A program made the translations under genes and the position numbers. Shown in pieces: positions 1 to 8,981 of a stretch of 63,555 bases of DNA. This DNA comes from an uncultured Eubacteriales bacterium (lineage in GTDB: Bacteria; Acidobacteriota; Aminicenantia; Aminicenantales; UBA8522). The stretch is taken from NCBI GenBank assembly GCA_964580435.1, contig CAZOKP010000005.1, positions 5,613 to 69,167 on the forward strand, read 5' to 3'. Position 1 is the stretch's first letter. Each line of letters begins with the position of its first letter. The notes beneath the pieces are model-generated. The model was given only the letters and a program-made list of their open reading frames with translations. It had not been told where the DNA came from and made no database searches.

Positions 1-1893
1 GTCTCCGGCACGAAAGCCACAAAGACGAAGATCCTTGTCCTCGGGTTCGACGGCGTTGACCCTCGCCTTCTTCAGACCTGGATGAAAGAGGGCAAGCTCC
101 CGGCTTTCGAGCGCCTCATCGGCCAGGGTGATTTTCGCCGGCTCCGCACGAGCATTCCCCCGCAGAGTCCGGTGGCCTGGGCCAATTTTATCACCGGCAT
201 GAACCCCGGCGGCCATGGGATTTTTGACTTTATGCACCGGGATCCACAAACCTACTGGCCCGTCTTTTCCGGCTCAGCTACTGAAGAGGCCAAGTCGACT
301 CTCAAAATCGGAGACCTCGTCCTTCCGCTGCGCGGCGGAAAGGTTAAAAACCAAATCCAAGGAAAGGCCTTCTGGCAAATCCTGGATGAATATGATATCC
401 CCGCGACAATTTTTAAAATTCCGTCCAATTACCCGCCCGTCCCCACAAAATCGAGAACTCTATCGGGAATGGGGACGCCGGACCTCAAGGGGTCCTACGG
501 CATTTTCAACTTTTACACAACCCAGCCGCAAGAGATCAACCAGGACATCGGAGGCGGAAGGGTTCATCAGGTCTATGTGATCGGGAATAGAGTAGAAGCC
601 AAGCTCCCCGGCCCCACCAACACCTTTAGGAAAGAGAACCCTGAGGCGACGTTGGACTTTACGGTCTATATCGACCCGGTCAACCCTCTGGCCAAGGTTT
701 CCTGCCAAGGCCAGGAGTTCATCCTCAAGGAAAAGGAATGGAGCGGATGGAAACGCGTTCGTTTCAATCTCATCCCGACGCAGAGTGTTGCCGGCATCTG
801 TATGTTTTATCTCAAAGAGGTCCGGCCGAATTTCAAGCTCTACGTCACGCCCATCAATATCGACCCGGCCGACCCGGCCCTTCCGATTTCCACTCCCGGT
901 CGTTATGCCCAGGAGCTGGACAAGAAATTCGGCCCCTTTTTCACCAAGGGCCTCCCGGCGGACACGAGCGCTCTTGACCAGAACTTTCTGGATGAAGGCG
1001 AGTTTCTCGAGCAGGATGACATGATCTTCCGAGAAGGCGAAAGAATGTTTGATTATGAGTTATCCAGGTTCGACTCAGGACTCCTTTTTTACTATGTTTC
1101 CAGCACCGACCAGCGGCAGCATATGTTCTGGCGGCTGCTGGATGAGAAACATCCGAAGTATGACCCGAAGCTCGCTTCTCAATATGGCAAGACCATAGAA
1201 AATATTTACATCGCCGCCGACAAATGCCTAGACCGTAGCCTGCAAAACATAGACCGGGACACACTCCTTCTGGTCATGTCTGACCACGGTTTCAATCCTT
1301 ATCGCCGGTCCTTCAATCTCAACACCTGGCTTCTTGACAACGGCTACCACAAGCTGCGCAACCCCTGGAAACAGGAAGAAGGCAGCCTGTTTGAGAATAC
1401 CGACTGGTCAAGAACCAGGGCGTACGGAAGCGGGCTCAACGGACTTTATATCAACCAGCAAGGAAGAGAACGAGAAGGAATCGTCAACGCAGGTGCGGAT
1501 AGCGACAACCTCATCCGGGAATTGGCCCAGAAACTGGAGCAGGTTGTGGACCCAAAGACGGGCGAGCGGGCTATCCTGCGCGCGTTTGTGGCCAAGGATG
1601 TCTACCGCGGTCCGCAAGTCGGACACGCTCCTGACATCGTTCTCGGGTTCAACTGGGGATACCGCATCTCGAATGCCTCGCCCCTGGGAAGGTTCCCCAA
1701 GGACGTCCTTGAGGACAACACCAAGAAATGGAGCGGTGACCACATGGGCGCACCCGAGGTCATTCCGGGCATTCTGGTGACTAACCGCAAGATAAGGGCT
1801 GAATCCCCGGCTCTCTACGACCTGACCGCAACGATCCTTGATGTTTTCGGCATCGAGAAACCCAAGGACATGATCGGAGAAACCATATTTTAA
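1..1893 (+). CDS. Alkaline phosphatase superfamily protein (type I phosphodiesterase/nucleotide pyrophosphatase-like), 5'-partial
   Basis: Frame is open from base 1 (VSGTKATKTKILVLGFDGVDP), so it starts upstream of the window; metal/nucleophile motifs GFDG, PPQSPVAW, MSDHGF, WSGDH. Confidence 0.85.
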   Translation, partial: VSGTKATKTKILVLGFDGVDPRLLQTWMKEGKLPAFERLIGQGDFRRLRTSIPPQSPVAWANFITGMNPGGHGIFDFMHRDPQTYWPVFSGSATEEAKSTLKIGDLVLPLRGGKVKNQIQGKAFWQILDEYDIPATIFKIPSNYPPVPTKSRTLSGMGTPDLKGSYGIFNFYTTQPQEINQDIGGGRVHQVYVIGNRVEAKLPGPTNTFRKENPEATLDFTVYIDPVNPLAKVSCQGQEFILKEKEWSGWKRVRFNLIPTQSVAGICMFYLKEVRPNFKLYVTPINIDPADPALPISTPGRYAQELDKKFGPFFTKGLPADTSALDQNFLDEGEFLEQDDMIFREGERMFDYELSRFDSGLLFYYVSSTDQRQHMFWRLLDEKHPKYDPKLASQYGKTIENIYIAADKCLDRSLQNIDRDTLLLVMSDHGFNPYRRSFNLNTWLLDNGYHKLRNPWKQEEGSLFENTDWSRTRAYGSGLNGLYINQQGREREGIVNAGADSDNLIRELAQKLEQVVDPKTGERAILRAFVAKDVYRGPQVGHAPDIVLGFNWGYRISNASPLGRFPKDVLEDNTKKWSGDHMGAPEVIPGILVTNRKIRAESPALYDLTATILDVFGIEKPKDMIGETIF

Positions 1894-1904
1894 AAGGAGG
1901 CCGC

Positions 1905-2096
1905 ATGGGTAAAGGCAAAATCAAGCTGGACAAAGACCTCTTCGAAAAAGTGAAAAAATACGCCCAGATGTCGGGCTATTCCTCAGCGGAAGAGTTCGTC
2001 TCCCATTGTCTCGAAAAAGAAATCGCCAAGCTGGAAGAATCGGATTCCGAGGAGGAAATCAAAAAAAAGCTCAAAGGACTGGGGTATATTTCCTAA
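1905..2096 (+). CDS. Small ribbon-helix-helix-like protein with C-terminal LKGLGYI tail
   Basis: AGGAGG RBS upstream; strand KIKL, helix DKDLFEKVKKYA, turn G-Y-S, helix AEEFVSHCLEKEI fits an RHH pattern. Confidence 0.6.
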   Translation: MGKGKIKLDKDLFEKVKKYAQMSGYSSAEEFVSHCLEKEIAKLEESDSEEEIKKKLKGLGYIS

Positions 2097-2100
2097 GCAA

Positions 2101-2928
2101 ATGTGGTTCATTAATTCTATCCTGAACAAATTTTTCGACTTCCTCTTTTTGCCGTTTCGGCATTTGAACGCCTGGTTCGGGATGGTCTTCATCTCGGTCC
2201 TGACAGGCCTTCTTATGCTTTTCATTTTTCGCCTGACGTCCAACCAGGCGGGCATAAAAAATGTCAAGGACAAGATCAAGGCTCACCTTCTTGAGCTGCG
2301 CCTTTTCAAAGACAACCTGAATATTAGCTTGAAAGCCCAGGGCCAGATCCTCCGTTACAATCTCCGGTACATCGGCTACTCCTTCAAGCCCATGCTGGTG
2401 ATGATAATCCCCCTGATCCTCATTCTCGTGCAACTCAACGTCTGGTTTGGTTATGAGCCGCTTCGTTTGGGAGAATCTGCCATCCTCAAGGTGAAGCTCG
2501 AGGAAAACGTAAAACTCACGGAATTGCCGGAGGCAGTCGAAGCTCCGGCCGGGCTCGTGGTCGAAACCCCGGCTCTTCGGCTCGAGGAGCAGAAGGAGAT
2601 GGATTGGCGCATCCGGGCCGCATCAAGAGGCGTCCACGAACTCACTCTTACAATCGGAGGACAGAGCCTCACTAAATCCATTGCTGTAGGCCTGGGACCT
2701 TTGGACAGAATCTCCCCTGTCAAGGTGAAGAGAGGGTTTGTCGGGGAAGTCCTCAATCCTGGAGAAAAGCCCCTCCCCTCCTCCGGGCTCATCAAGTCCA
2801 TCGAAGTCATTTATCCTCCCAAAAGGATGAATCTCTTCGGCCTGCGCCTGCACTGGCTCATCGTCTATTTTGCGCTTTCCATCATTATCGGGTTCGCCTT
2901 GAAAAGGCCCTTCAAGGTCGAAATCTGA
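2101..2928 (+). CDS. Membrane protein, DUF106/EMC3/TMCO1-like, with inserted soluble domain
   Basis: TM1, coiled coil, KPMLVMIIP TM, ~130-aa soluble region, C-terminal TM WLIVYFALS. Confidence 0.55.
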   Translation: MWFINSILNKFFDFLFLPFRHLNAWFGMVFISVLTGLLMLFIFRLTSNQAGIKNVKDKIKAHLLELRLFKDNLNISLKAQGQILRYNLRYIGYSFKPMLVMIIPLILILVQLNVWFGYEPLRLGESAILKVKLEENVKLTELPEAVEAPAGLVVETPALRLEEQKEMDWRIRAASRGVHELTLTIGGQSLTKSIAVGLGPLDRISPVKVKRGFVGEVLNPGEKPLPSSGLIKSIEVIYPPKRMNLFGLRLHWLIVYFALSIIIGFALKRPFKVEI

Positions 2929-2949
2929 CTTTAAAAAAAGGATATCGCC

Positions 2950-4074
2950 ATGAAAATCGAACAATTCAAGATGGAACGCATGCAGTCCACCTGGGAAAAT
3001 GTGGTCGAGGTCAATCTTTCGGAAAGCGGTGTCCATCCCCTTTCCCTTCAAGAGCTCATCAGCCAGGATGAACTCAAGGAGATTCTCGAAACCGGCCTCG
3101 GTTATAGTCAGACGAACGGGACTCCCGAGCTAAGGCAGGCCATCTCCAGGCTCTATCCGGGAATAGGCCTCGAGCAAATTCTGGCCACAGCCGGCTCCTC
3201 CGAGGCCAATTTCCTCCTGATGTGGAGCAACATCGAGCCTGGGGATGAAGTCATTTTCATGCTGCCCAACTACATGCAGATATGGGGGCTCCTCAGAGGC
3301 TTTGGCGCCAAGGTCAAGCCGTTCTGGCTGAGGGAAGGCCTGGGCTGGGCTCCCGACCTCGACGAGCTGGCCAAGCTGGTAACAAAAAAAACGAAATTGA
3401 TCATCGTCACGAACCCGAATAATCCGACGGGCGCTGTGCTGAGCCGAGAAGCAATGACGGCGATTGTCGAGTTAGCAGAAAAAGCCGGGGCCTGGATTAT
3501 CGCCGACGAGGTTTACCAGGGGGCGGAGCGGGAAGGCAAAGTCACGGCCAGCTTTTGGGGCAAATACGACAAAGTGATCATCGTCAACGGCCTCTCCAAA
3601 GCATACGGCCTTCCCGGGGTCAGAATCGGCTGGATCATCGGGCCGGAGGACTATATCAAGAAGACCTGGCCCTATCACGACTATACGACGATTTCTCCGA
3701 GCATCCTCAGCGACAGGCTGGCCCGGATCGCCCTCTCCCCTGCCAACAGGGACAAAATTCTTCAAAGAACGCGCAGCATTCTCAAGAGGAACTATCCGCT
3801 CCTGCGTGCCTGGCTCGAAAAGCACAGCGATCTTTTCACCTTCATCCCCCCGCAGGCAGGGGCCATCACGTTCGTTCGCTACAACCTAAAGATCAACTCT
3901 ACTGAGCTCGTGACCAGGCTTATCCACGAGAAAAGCGTCCTCATCGTGCCCGGCGACCACTTCGAGATGGACCATCACCTTCGCTTTGGGTTCGGCTCCG
4001 AGCCTGAGTATCTCGAGAAAGGCCTGGCTCGCGTCGGGGAGCTCGTGCGGGAAATCAAAAAAAGCGCGGGTTAG
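2950..4074 (+). CDS. PLP-dependent aminotransferase class I/II
   Basis: NPNNPTG, IIADEVY and PLP-lysine motif GLSKAYGLPGVRIGW. Confidence 0.9.
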   Translation: MKIEQFKMERMQSTWENVVEVNLSESGVHPLSLQELISQDELKEILETGLGYSQTNGTPELRQAISRLYPGIGLEQILATAGSSEANFLLMWSNIEPGDEVIFMLPNYMQIWGLLRGFGAKVKPFWLREGLGWAPDLDELAKLVTKKTKLIIVTNPNNPTGAVLSREAMTAIVELAEKAGAWIIADEVYQGAEREGKVTASFWGKYDKVIIVNGLSKAYGLPGVRIGWIIGPEDYIKKTWPYHDYTTISPSILSDRLARIALSPANRDKILQRTRSILKRNYPLLRAWLEKHSDLFTFIPPQAGAITFVRYNLKINSTELVTRLIHEKSVLIVPGDHFEMDHHLRFGFGSEPEYLEKGLARVGELVREIKKSAG

Positions 4075-4179
4075 GCCTCCCCAATTTGTTCTGACACGGG
4101 ACACCCCGGATTCCCGTATCTCTAAGTCCTGATTTCCCCTGGCTGGGCGACAAGCCCGCTTCAGGTTAGTTATAATTCG

Positions 4180-7100
4180 TTAGAATCCAGGCCAGAAGCT
4201 GACCTGCACGTACCAGCCCTGACCCGTCCGGGCAAACGGTTTAACATAATTGAGACCGAGGACCATAAAACCGAAAAGGTTCATCCGTACACCGACCCCC
4301 GCGCTGGAGACAGGTTGGTGCATGGCCTCCGAAAAAGTGAACCCCCCAAGCGGAGGATTGTTCCACCAGGCAAACCCCCAGTCATAAAATGCGATGAAGT
4401 CCAGCGGGAAGACGCCATAGTAGCCTTTCCCGATCCCGAGCAAACGAAAGAGCGGAAAGCGGAGTTCGGCATTGGCCACAAAGATCTTGCTGCCATAAAG
4501 TCGGTTCTGACTGTAAAAGTTCGGTTGTCCAAATACATCGTTGCTATAATAATAGTCGTAACCACGCACGAGGCCGGGATATCCTAAATAGTAAGCCCCG
4601 AGGCGGAAATCATCGGCATTTTTTCCAAAACGGCCATACATGAGAGCACGAAAAGCGAGAGTGAACGGCCTCTTGGGCATCAGGTATCGCCTGTAGTCGG
4701 CAATGATATCGAGATAAGAGAGAGAGCCCACTGTGGGCGAAAGCTGGAGGATGTAGCTTTGGCCGAGGATTGGGCCGGTCGCGCCAAAAATCGAGCTGTC
4801 ATAGATGAGGGCCAGGCTGGTATTAAAAAGGGAAAGATTGTTGAAACCCGTGGGGAGTTTTTGCCTATCTCGACCGACATGCGATAAGTCATAGGGAGAA
4901 TAGTAATCCGTGACAATTTCATTCAAATAATTAATATAGGTAAAACCCGTGCTGAACTCTAAACGGCGGACCGAATTGAACGGGTAGGAGAGAAACCCTG
5001 CCACTTGATTATTGAACTGCCAAAAAAGGTACTGTTGCTCGACAAGATAACTCGAGCCACCAGGGTCAGGACGTGGGTAGTAATCCATATAGTAGAGATA
5101 GACATAGGGCAAGCGCTGAGCCACTCCACCCCAATTCCACCGGCTCTTTGAATTCTGATATCCCACCAGGGCGGATATGCCCTTGAGCTCGTTTGTGGAT
5201 TGGACCATCGTGGCGAGCGTATGGTAACCCAGCATATCCGTCCAGAACAGAGTGACACCGCCGCCCGCGTATGTGCCGAACCGGTCAACTCCCACAGCGA
5301 TACTGGGAGAGCTGATGTAGTCGAGGCTCAGCTTGGGTTTATAAGAGGCTTCGGGGAAATCGATCTGCTCGGGCAGCCCGAACAATGGATTCCTTAGGAG
5401 CCCAAGGAGAGCGCCGCTCGGCTGGTCGCGGGGAGGGAGCACGGAGAGCAATTCGCCTTCGAATTGAGTCAAATTTGCATCCCCTTGGAGAACTCCTTGG
5501 TCATTTATGGAGAAAATGCTGAACTCGCCCGCATCATACCCGGAAAAGACCAGGTTTCCGGATTTCTGGGCGACGGAGATGGCCGGACTCAGGTCGGTGA
5601 TGCCGCTTACTCCGGTATAGAGGTTTGTCACCTCGAATATTTTTTCCGAGTCCAAATCAAGCCTGTAAATATCCGTTTTTCCGTTCCGGTCGGACAGGAA
5701 GTAGACACTCTTGGAGTCGGGAGACCATTGCGGATTGATATTCTTGGCTGAGGCAAAGCCAGGGAGTCTGCGGATCTTCCCCGACTCGGGGTCCATGAGC
5801 GCCAGCTCGTAGTCCCCGTAGCTCAAGAGCGAAAGGTCTGTGCCGAAGCGGTCGGTGACAAAAGCCACTGAATGCCCGTCTGGCGACCAAGCGGGCTGCA
5901 GGTCGCCGAAGAGGTCGTCTGTGAGCTGCCGCAAGCTCTTTGAGCCCAAGTCATAGACATAGAGGTCTGTCTTGCCTCCGGCCAATCCGGAGAAGGCGAT
6001 AAAGCGCCCATCGGGAGACCAGGTGGGGCTGTATATCTCGTCTATGTTCTTGAAGGGAATCTCATCGACGATTTTTTCGTTGGCTAAAATGGTCAGAATG
6101 GGCCGGCCGTTGCTGATGCCTCCAAAGGCAAACCGGTTTCCCGAGGAATCCCAGGCGCCGGCGGACTTGATGAATTGGATACTTTCGAATTCTGCGTTGG
6201 TCGCTGTCGAGGTGATTTTCTTTTTGATCTTGCCAGTCTGGGCATCGGCCAGGTAGAGGTCGATGGAAAAAAGGTCCCTGGTCGAGAGAAACATCATCGA
6301 CCGCCCGTCCGGATTGATCGAGGGCGCAATATTGTACCTGTTTTCCTCCGTACCCTTGAACAAGACCCGGCTTGAAGGCGCGAGGAGCTGGGTTTTTTTG
6401 ATAAGGGGGTCGTACGTTTTCGTGTAGGCCTCATGCCACTCTTTGGACAGAACCTCAGGCGTAACGCCGAGGACTCTTGTTGACACGGCCTCGAAGTCTC
6501 CGATTCTTCCCACGCCTTTCATTAACCGGGCCACCGTCTCATCCCCATACCGGCCGGTGATATAAGCCCACAGGGCTTGCCCATAGCGGTAAGGAAAATA
6601 CTTGTAGTAATTGTCCATCTTCTTGATCTGGGGAAGAAATTTCCTTTGGGTGGCATCCCGCATCCACATCGATGTATTCGGGTCCACCGAACCGATGGAA
6701 ATATACTCGGCCAGGCCTTCGATAAACCAGAGAGGAATGCGCTCGGCACTGGCCGCCGCGCCTCCTCCGGACCCAACGGCATTCATCATGTCGTATTGAA
6801 AAGCGTGGACGAGCTCGTGGCCGATGACGTGGTCTGTCTCAGCCAGCGAACCTCCCACGGGCAGGATGATCCTCCGCTTCAAAGACTCCGTCACTCCTCC
6901 CGTCCCTTCTCCGAGAATATCGGAAATGGCCGTTGTCTGCTGGAAAGCGGGACTGCTCGAATAAAGGATCAGAGGCTGACGACCCCGGAGGTCATAGTTG
7001 AGAATGCGCGAAATCCGGGCGAACCAGCGCTCGGCCATGCGCGCCGATTCTTCAGCTACCGCTTTGAACTCAGGGTAATAATAGACGTCAAAATGCTTGG

Positions 7101-7245
7101 TCTTGAGAATTTTGAAATCAAACCTCTGATACTGGACTTTATTGCGGCCGAAGTATTGCCCATAAAGTCCGGAATTGAAAAGCGTTAAGCTCAAGCTCAG
7201 GATAAAAAGAGATGTCCAGACTCTCCTCCTGGTTATGGTTTTCAT
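4180..7245 (-). CDS. Omp85/BamA-family outer-membrane protein with N-terminal HExxH metallopeptidase-like domain and TolB/PD40 beta-propeller
   Basis: Signal peptide, GHELVHAFQ...WFIEGLAEY, repeated P(A/T)WSPDG, barrel motifs VANAELRFP and SAGVGVR, C-terminal Phe; GAGGAGG RBS. Confidence 0.8.
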   Translation of the reverse strand: MKTITRRRVWTSLFILSLSLTLFNSGLYGQYFGRNKVQYQRFDFKILKTKHFDVYYYPEFKAVAEESARMAERWFARISRILNYDLRGRQPLILYSSSPAFQQTTAISDILGEGTGGVTESLKRRIILPVGGSLAETDHVIGHELVHAFQYDMMNAVGSGGGAAASAERIPLWFIEGLAEYISIGSVDPNTSMWMRDATQRKFLPQIKKMDNYYKYFPYRYGQALWAYITGRYGDETVARLMKGVGRIGDFEAVSTRVLGVTPEVLSKEWHEAYTKTYDPLIKKTQLLAPSSRVLFKGTEENRYNIAPSINPDGRSMMFLSTRDLFSIDLYLADAQTGKIKKKITSTATNAEFESIQFIKSAGAWDSSGNRFAFGGISNGRPILTILANEKIVDEIPFKNIDEIYSPTWSPDGRFIAFSGLAGGKTDLYVYDLGSKSLRQLTDDLFGDLQPAWSPDGHSVAFVTDRFGTDLSLLSYGDYELALMDPESGKIRRLPGFASAKNINPQWSPDSKSVYFLSDRNGKTDIYRLDLDSEKIFEVTNLYTGVSGITDLSPAISVAQKSGNLVFSGYDAGEFSIFSINDQGVLQGDANLTQFEGELLSVLPPRDQPSGALLGLLRNPLFGLPEQIDFPEASYKPKLSLDYISSPSIAVGVDRFGTYAGGGVTLFWTDMLGYHTLATMVQSTNELKGISALVGYQNSKSRWNWGGVAQRLPYVYLYYMDYYPRPDPGGSSYLVEQQYLFWQFNNQVAGFLSYPFNSVRRLEFSTGFTYINYLNEIVTDYYSPYDLSHVGRDRQKLPTGFNNLSLFNTSLALIYDSSIFGATGPILGQSYILQLSPTVGSLSYLDIIADYRRYLMPKRPFTLAFRALMYGRFGKNADDFRLGAYYLGYPGLVRGYDYYYSNDVFGQPNFYSQNRLYGSKIFVANAELRFPLFRLLGIGKGYYGVFPLDFIAFYDWGFAWWNNPPLGGFTFSEAMHQPVSSAGVGVRMNLFGFMVLGLNYVKPFARTGQGWYVQVSFWPGF

Positions 7246-7534
7246 TAATGTCCTCCTCGATCATCGGTCCTGGCGCTCGTTTGGATCAAGAGCAGCCTAA
7301 ATCTTACTATCTTTATAGATTCTATCAAATTAGTCAGCTTTTTTCCACCCGGCGGTGGTCCATCCCTATTGGATATAAAATAAAAAAAGCCCTCCAGACA
7401 ATATCATTCCTTATATTATATAACAAATAAACCTCGGCGGCCGTTGCGAAATGCGCCGATCCGCTTTCGTTCTGTCTCGAACCTTGCCTCCGAGGCGAAG
7501 ATAGTAACGCTCATATCGTATCCGCCCTCATTAC

Positions 7535-7551
7535 AGCAAATTTTATGCCAA
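7535..7551 (-). promoter_or_regulatory. Sigma-54 (-24/-12) promoter motif TTGGCATAAAATTTGCT
   Basis: GG-N10-GC spacing with TGGCA and TTGCT flanks, intergenic, pointing toward the Omp85 gene. Confidence 0.65.
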
Positions 7552-7669
7552 AACGTCTCCCTCTCCCCGCCTGTTCCATTGGAGAGCTCTGGTGAACGAA
7601 CGAACAGCGTGTCCCATGGCGAGGACAGATGTCGACGCAGAAGACAAACGGCCATCCCTTCCCAGTTCA

Positions 7670-8242
7670 TCAGTCTTCCAGCCGGTTAAACCAAGCGATC
7701 TCTGCCAGAGACTTCCTCTTTTTCTCCCGCCAAGGCCTCTTCTCATAATAGCCCATAGTCATCAGGCAGACGATTTTGTATTTTCGCGGGATCCTAAAGA
7801 ACTTCCTCGTTTTTCGGGAATTGAACCAGCCAATCCAACACGTGCCGAGGCCCATCTCCTCTGCCTGAAGGGCGAGATGTTCCCCGGCAATGCCGATATC
7901 CACGAGATAGAACGAGACATCTTGGATCCGTCCGCCCAGCCTGTGGGCGACCAGATCAAGCCTTGCCATAATGACAATAAGGACCGGGGCCTTGGCGGCA
8001 AATCTAGAAAAGGAATACGCGCCCGAAAAGGCTTCGGCAGCAAATTCGGTTTTGAGCTGAGGGTCATCGACGATCAAAAAACGCCAGGGCTGCGCGTTCT
8101 CGGCTGAAGGCGCCAGCCGGGCCGCTTCGATACAGGCCAGGATTTGTTCCCTCTCCACAGGTCTGTCCAGATACCGGCGGACGCTGCGACGGTTCGCGAT
8201 CAGCTCTTGCAAGGGAGTTCTCGGCATCTCGATTGACTCCAT
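7670..8242 (-). CDS. Nitroreductase family protein
   Basis: IANRRSVRRY, ARLAPSAENAQPW, GLGTCWIG motifs. Confidence 0.9.
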   Translation of the reverse strand: MESIEMPRTPLQELIANRRSVRRYLDRPVEREQILACIEAARLAPSAENAQPWRFLIVDDPQLKTEFAAEAFSGAYSFSRFAAKAPVLIVIMARLDLVAHRLGGRIQDVSFYLVDIGIAGEHLALQAEEMGLGTCWIGWFNSRKTRKFFRIPRKYKIVCLMTMGYYEKRPWREKKRKSLAEIAWFNRLED

Positions 8243-8373
8243 CTACATTACCTGGAGCTCGAAAAGAAATCAACTTCCCGGCCCCTTTTTATTTCCTATT
8301 TTTTGCCTCCGGTTTAAAATATCCGACAAAAGATAACGAGAGCTCGAAAGTATTTTTCAATTAGGAGACCGTC

Positions 8374-8682
8374 GTGATAAAAAGAATCTCGATCGGCTGG
8401 TCGCAGATGGAAGGCCATTTTCTTCAGGTCCAAGCGGATTATCTGTTCTACAGTGCCCGGATTGCCCGCGACCAAAACGTTCAGTTTTCTTTTGACGTCG
8501 GCGCCGGCGGGAAAATCATCGTTCAGGATAATAACAGCGCCTGGTTCCGCATCCTTCTGGGGATTGATTTGTTTCTCAAAAAAACTCCGTTGAATATCTT
8601 CTTCGAGATCGCCCCGTCCTTTGCTTTCGACGAGATCAATCTTTGCGGAGCGATCGGCATCCGCTACATCTTCACTCGATGA
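8374..8682 (+). pseudogene. Outer-membrane beta-barrel-like ORF lacking signal peptide and first strands (possibly N-terminally degraded)
   Basis: Alternating beta pattern ending GAIGIRYIF; in-frame TAG at 8362-8364 immediately upstream; no signal peptide. Confidence 0.4.
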
Positions 8683-8903
8683 CCTGGCAGGAATTTCTAG
8701 GAAGCATCTTCTATGATGATGTGATGGGGGCGGGCCCTGTCGCAGTTCCCCCCGGCGCCCGTGCGGTCAATCATGTTGTTTCCAGAGCCAAAGACGGGGG
8801 CATCAAACGCTCGGGGCGGCGGAGGACCCCCGAACCACGCCCCCCCTTCTATCAGCATAGGACTATCACGGAATTGAAAATGCTTCCGAACGTCTAAAAA
8901 AGA

Positions 8904-8932
8904 TTGCGCGTTGGATGACTTTCTGGTATAGT
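8904..8932 (+). promoter_or_regulatory. Sigma-70-type promoter TTGCGC-N17-TATAGT
   Basis: 17-bp spacer with extended TG, about 50 nt upstream of the lipoprotein gene. Confidence 0.5.
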
Positions 8933-8981
8933 CAAAAAGCGCTATGCGCTTTTTGCATATTATCAGAAAGGAGAAAACAGG

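Noticed and set aside
7416-7514. 32-codon ORF MSVTIFASEARF... with a GAGGG SD
   Set aside because: The SD would fall at or before the predicted sigma-54 start site and there is no homology cue; kept only as part of the leader finding
8700-8860. GC-rich G/C-run stretches resembling REP elements
   Set aside because: No second copy found in the window and no clean stem
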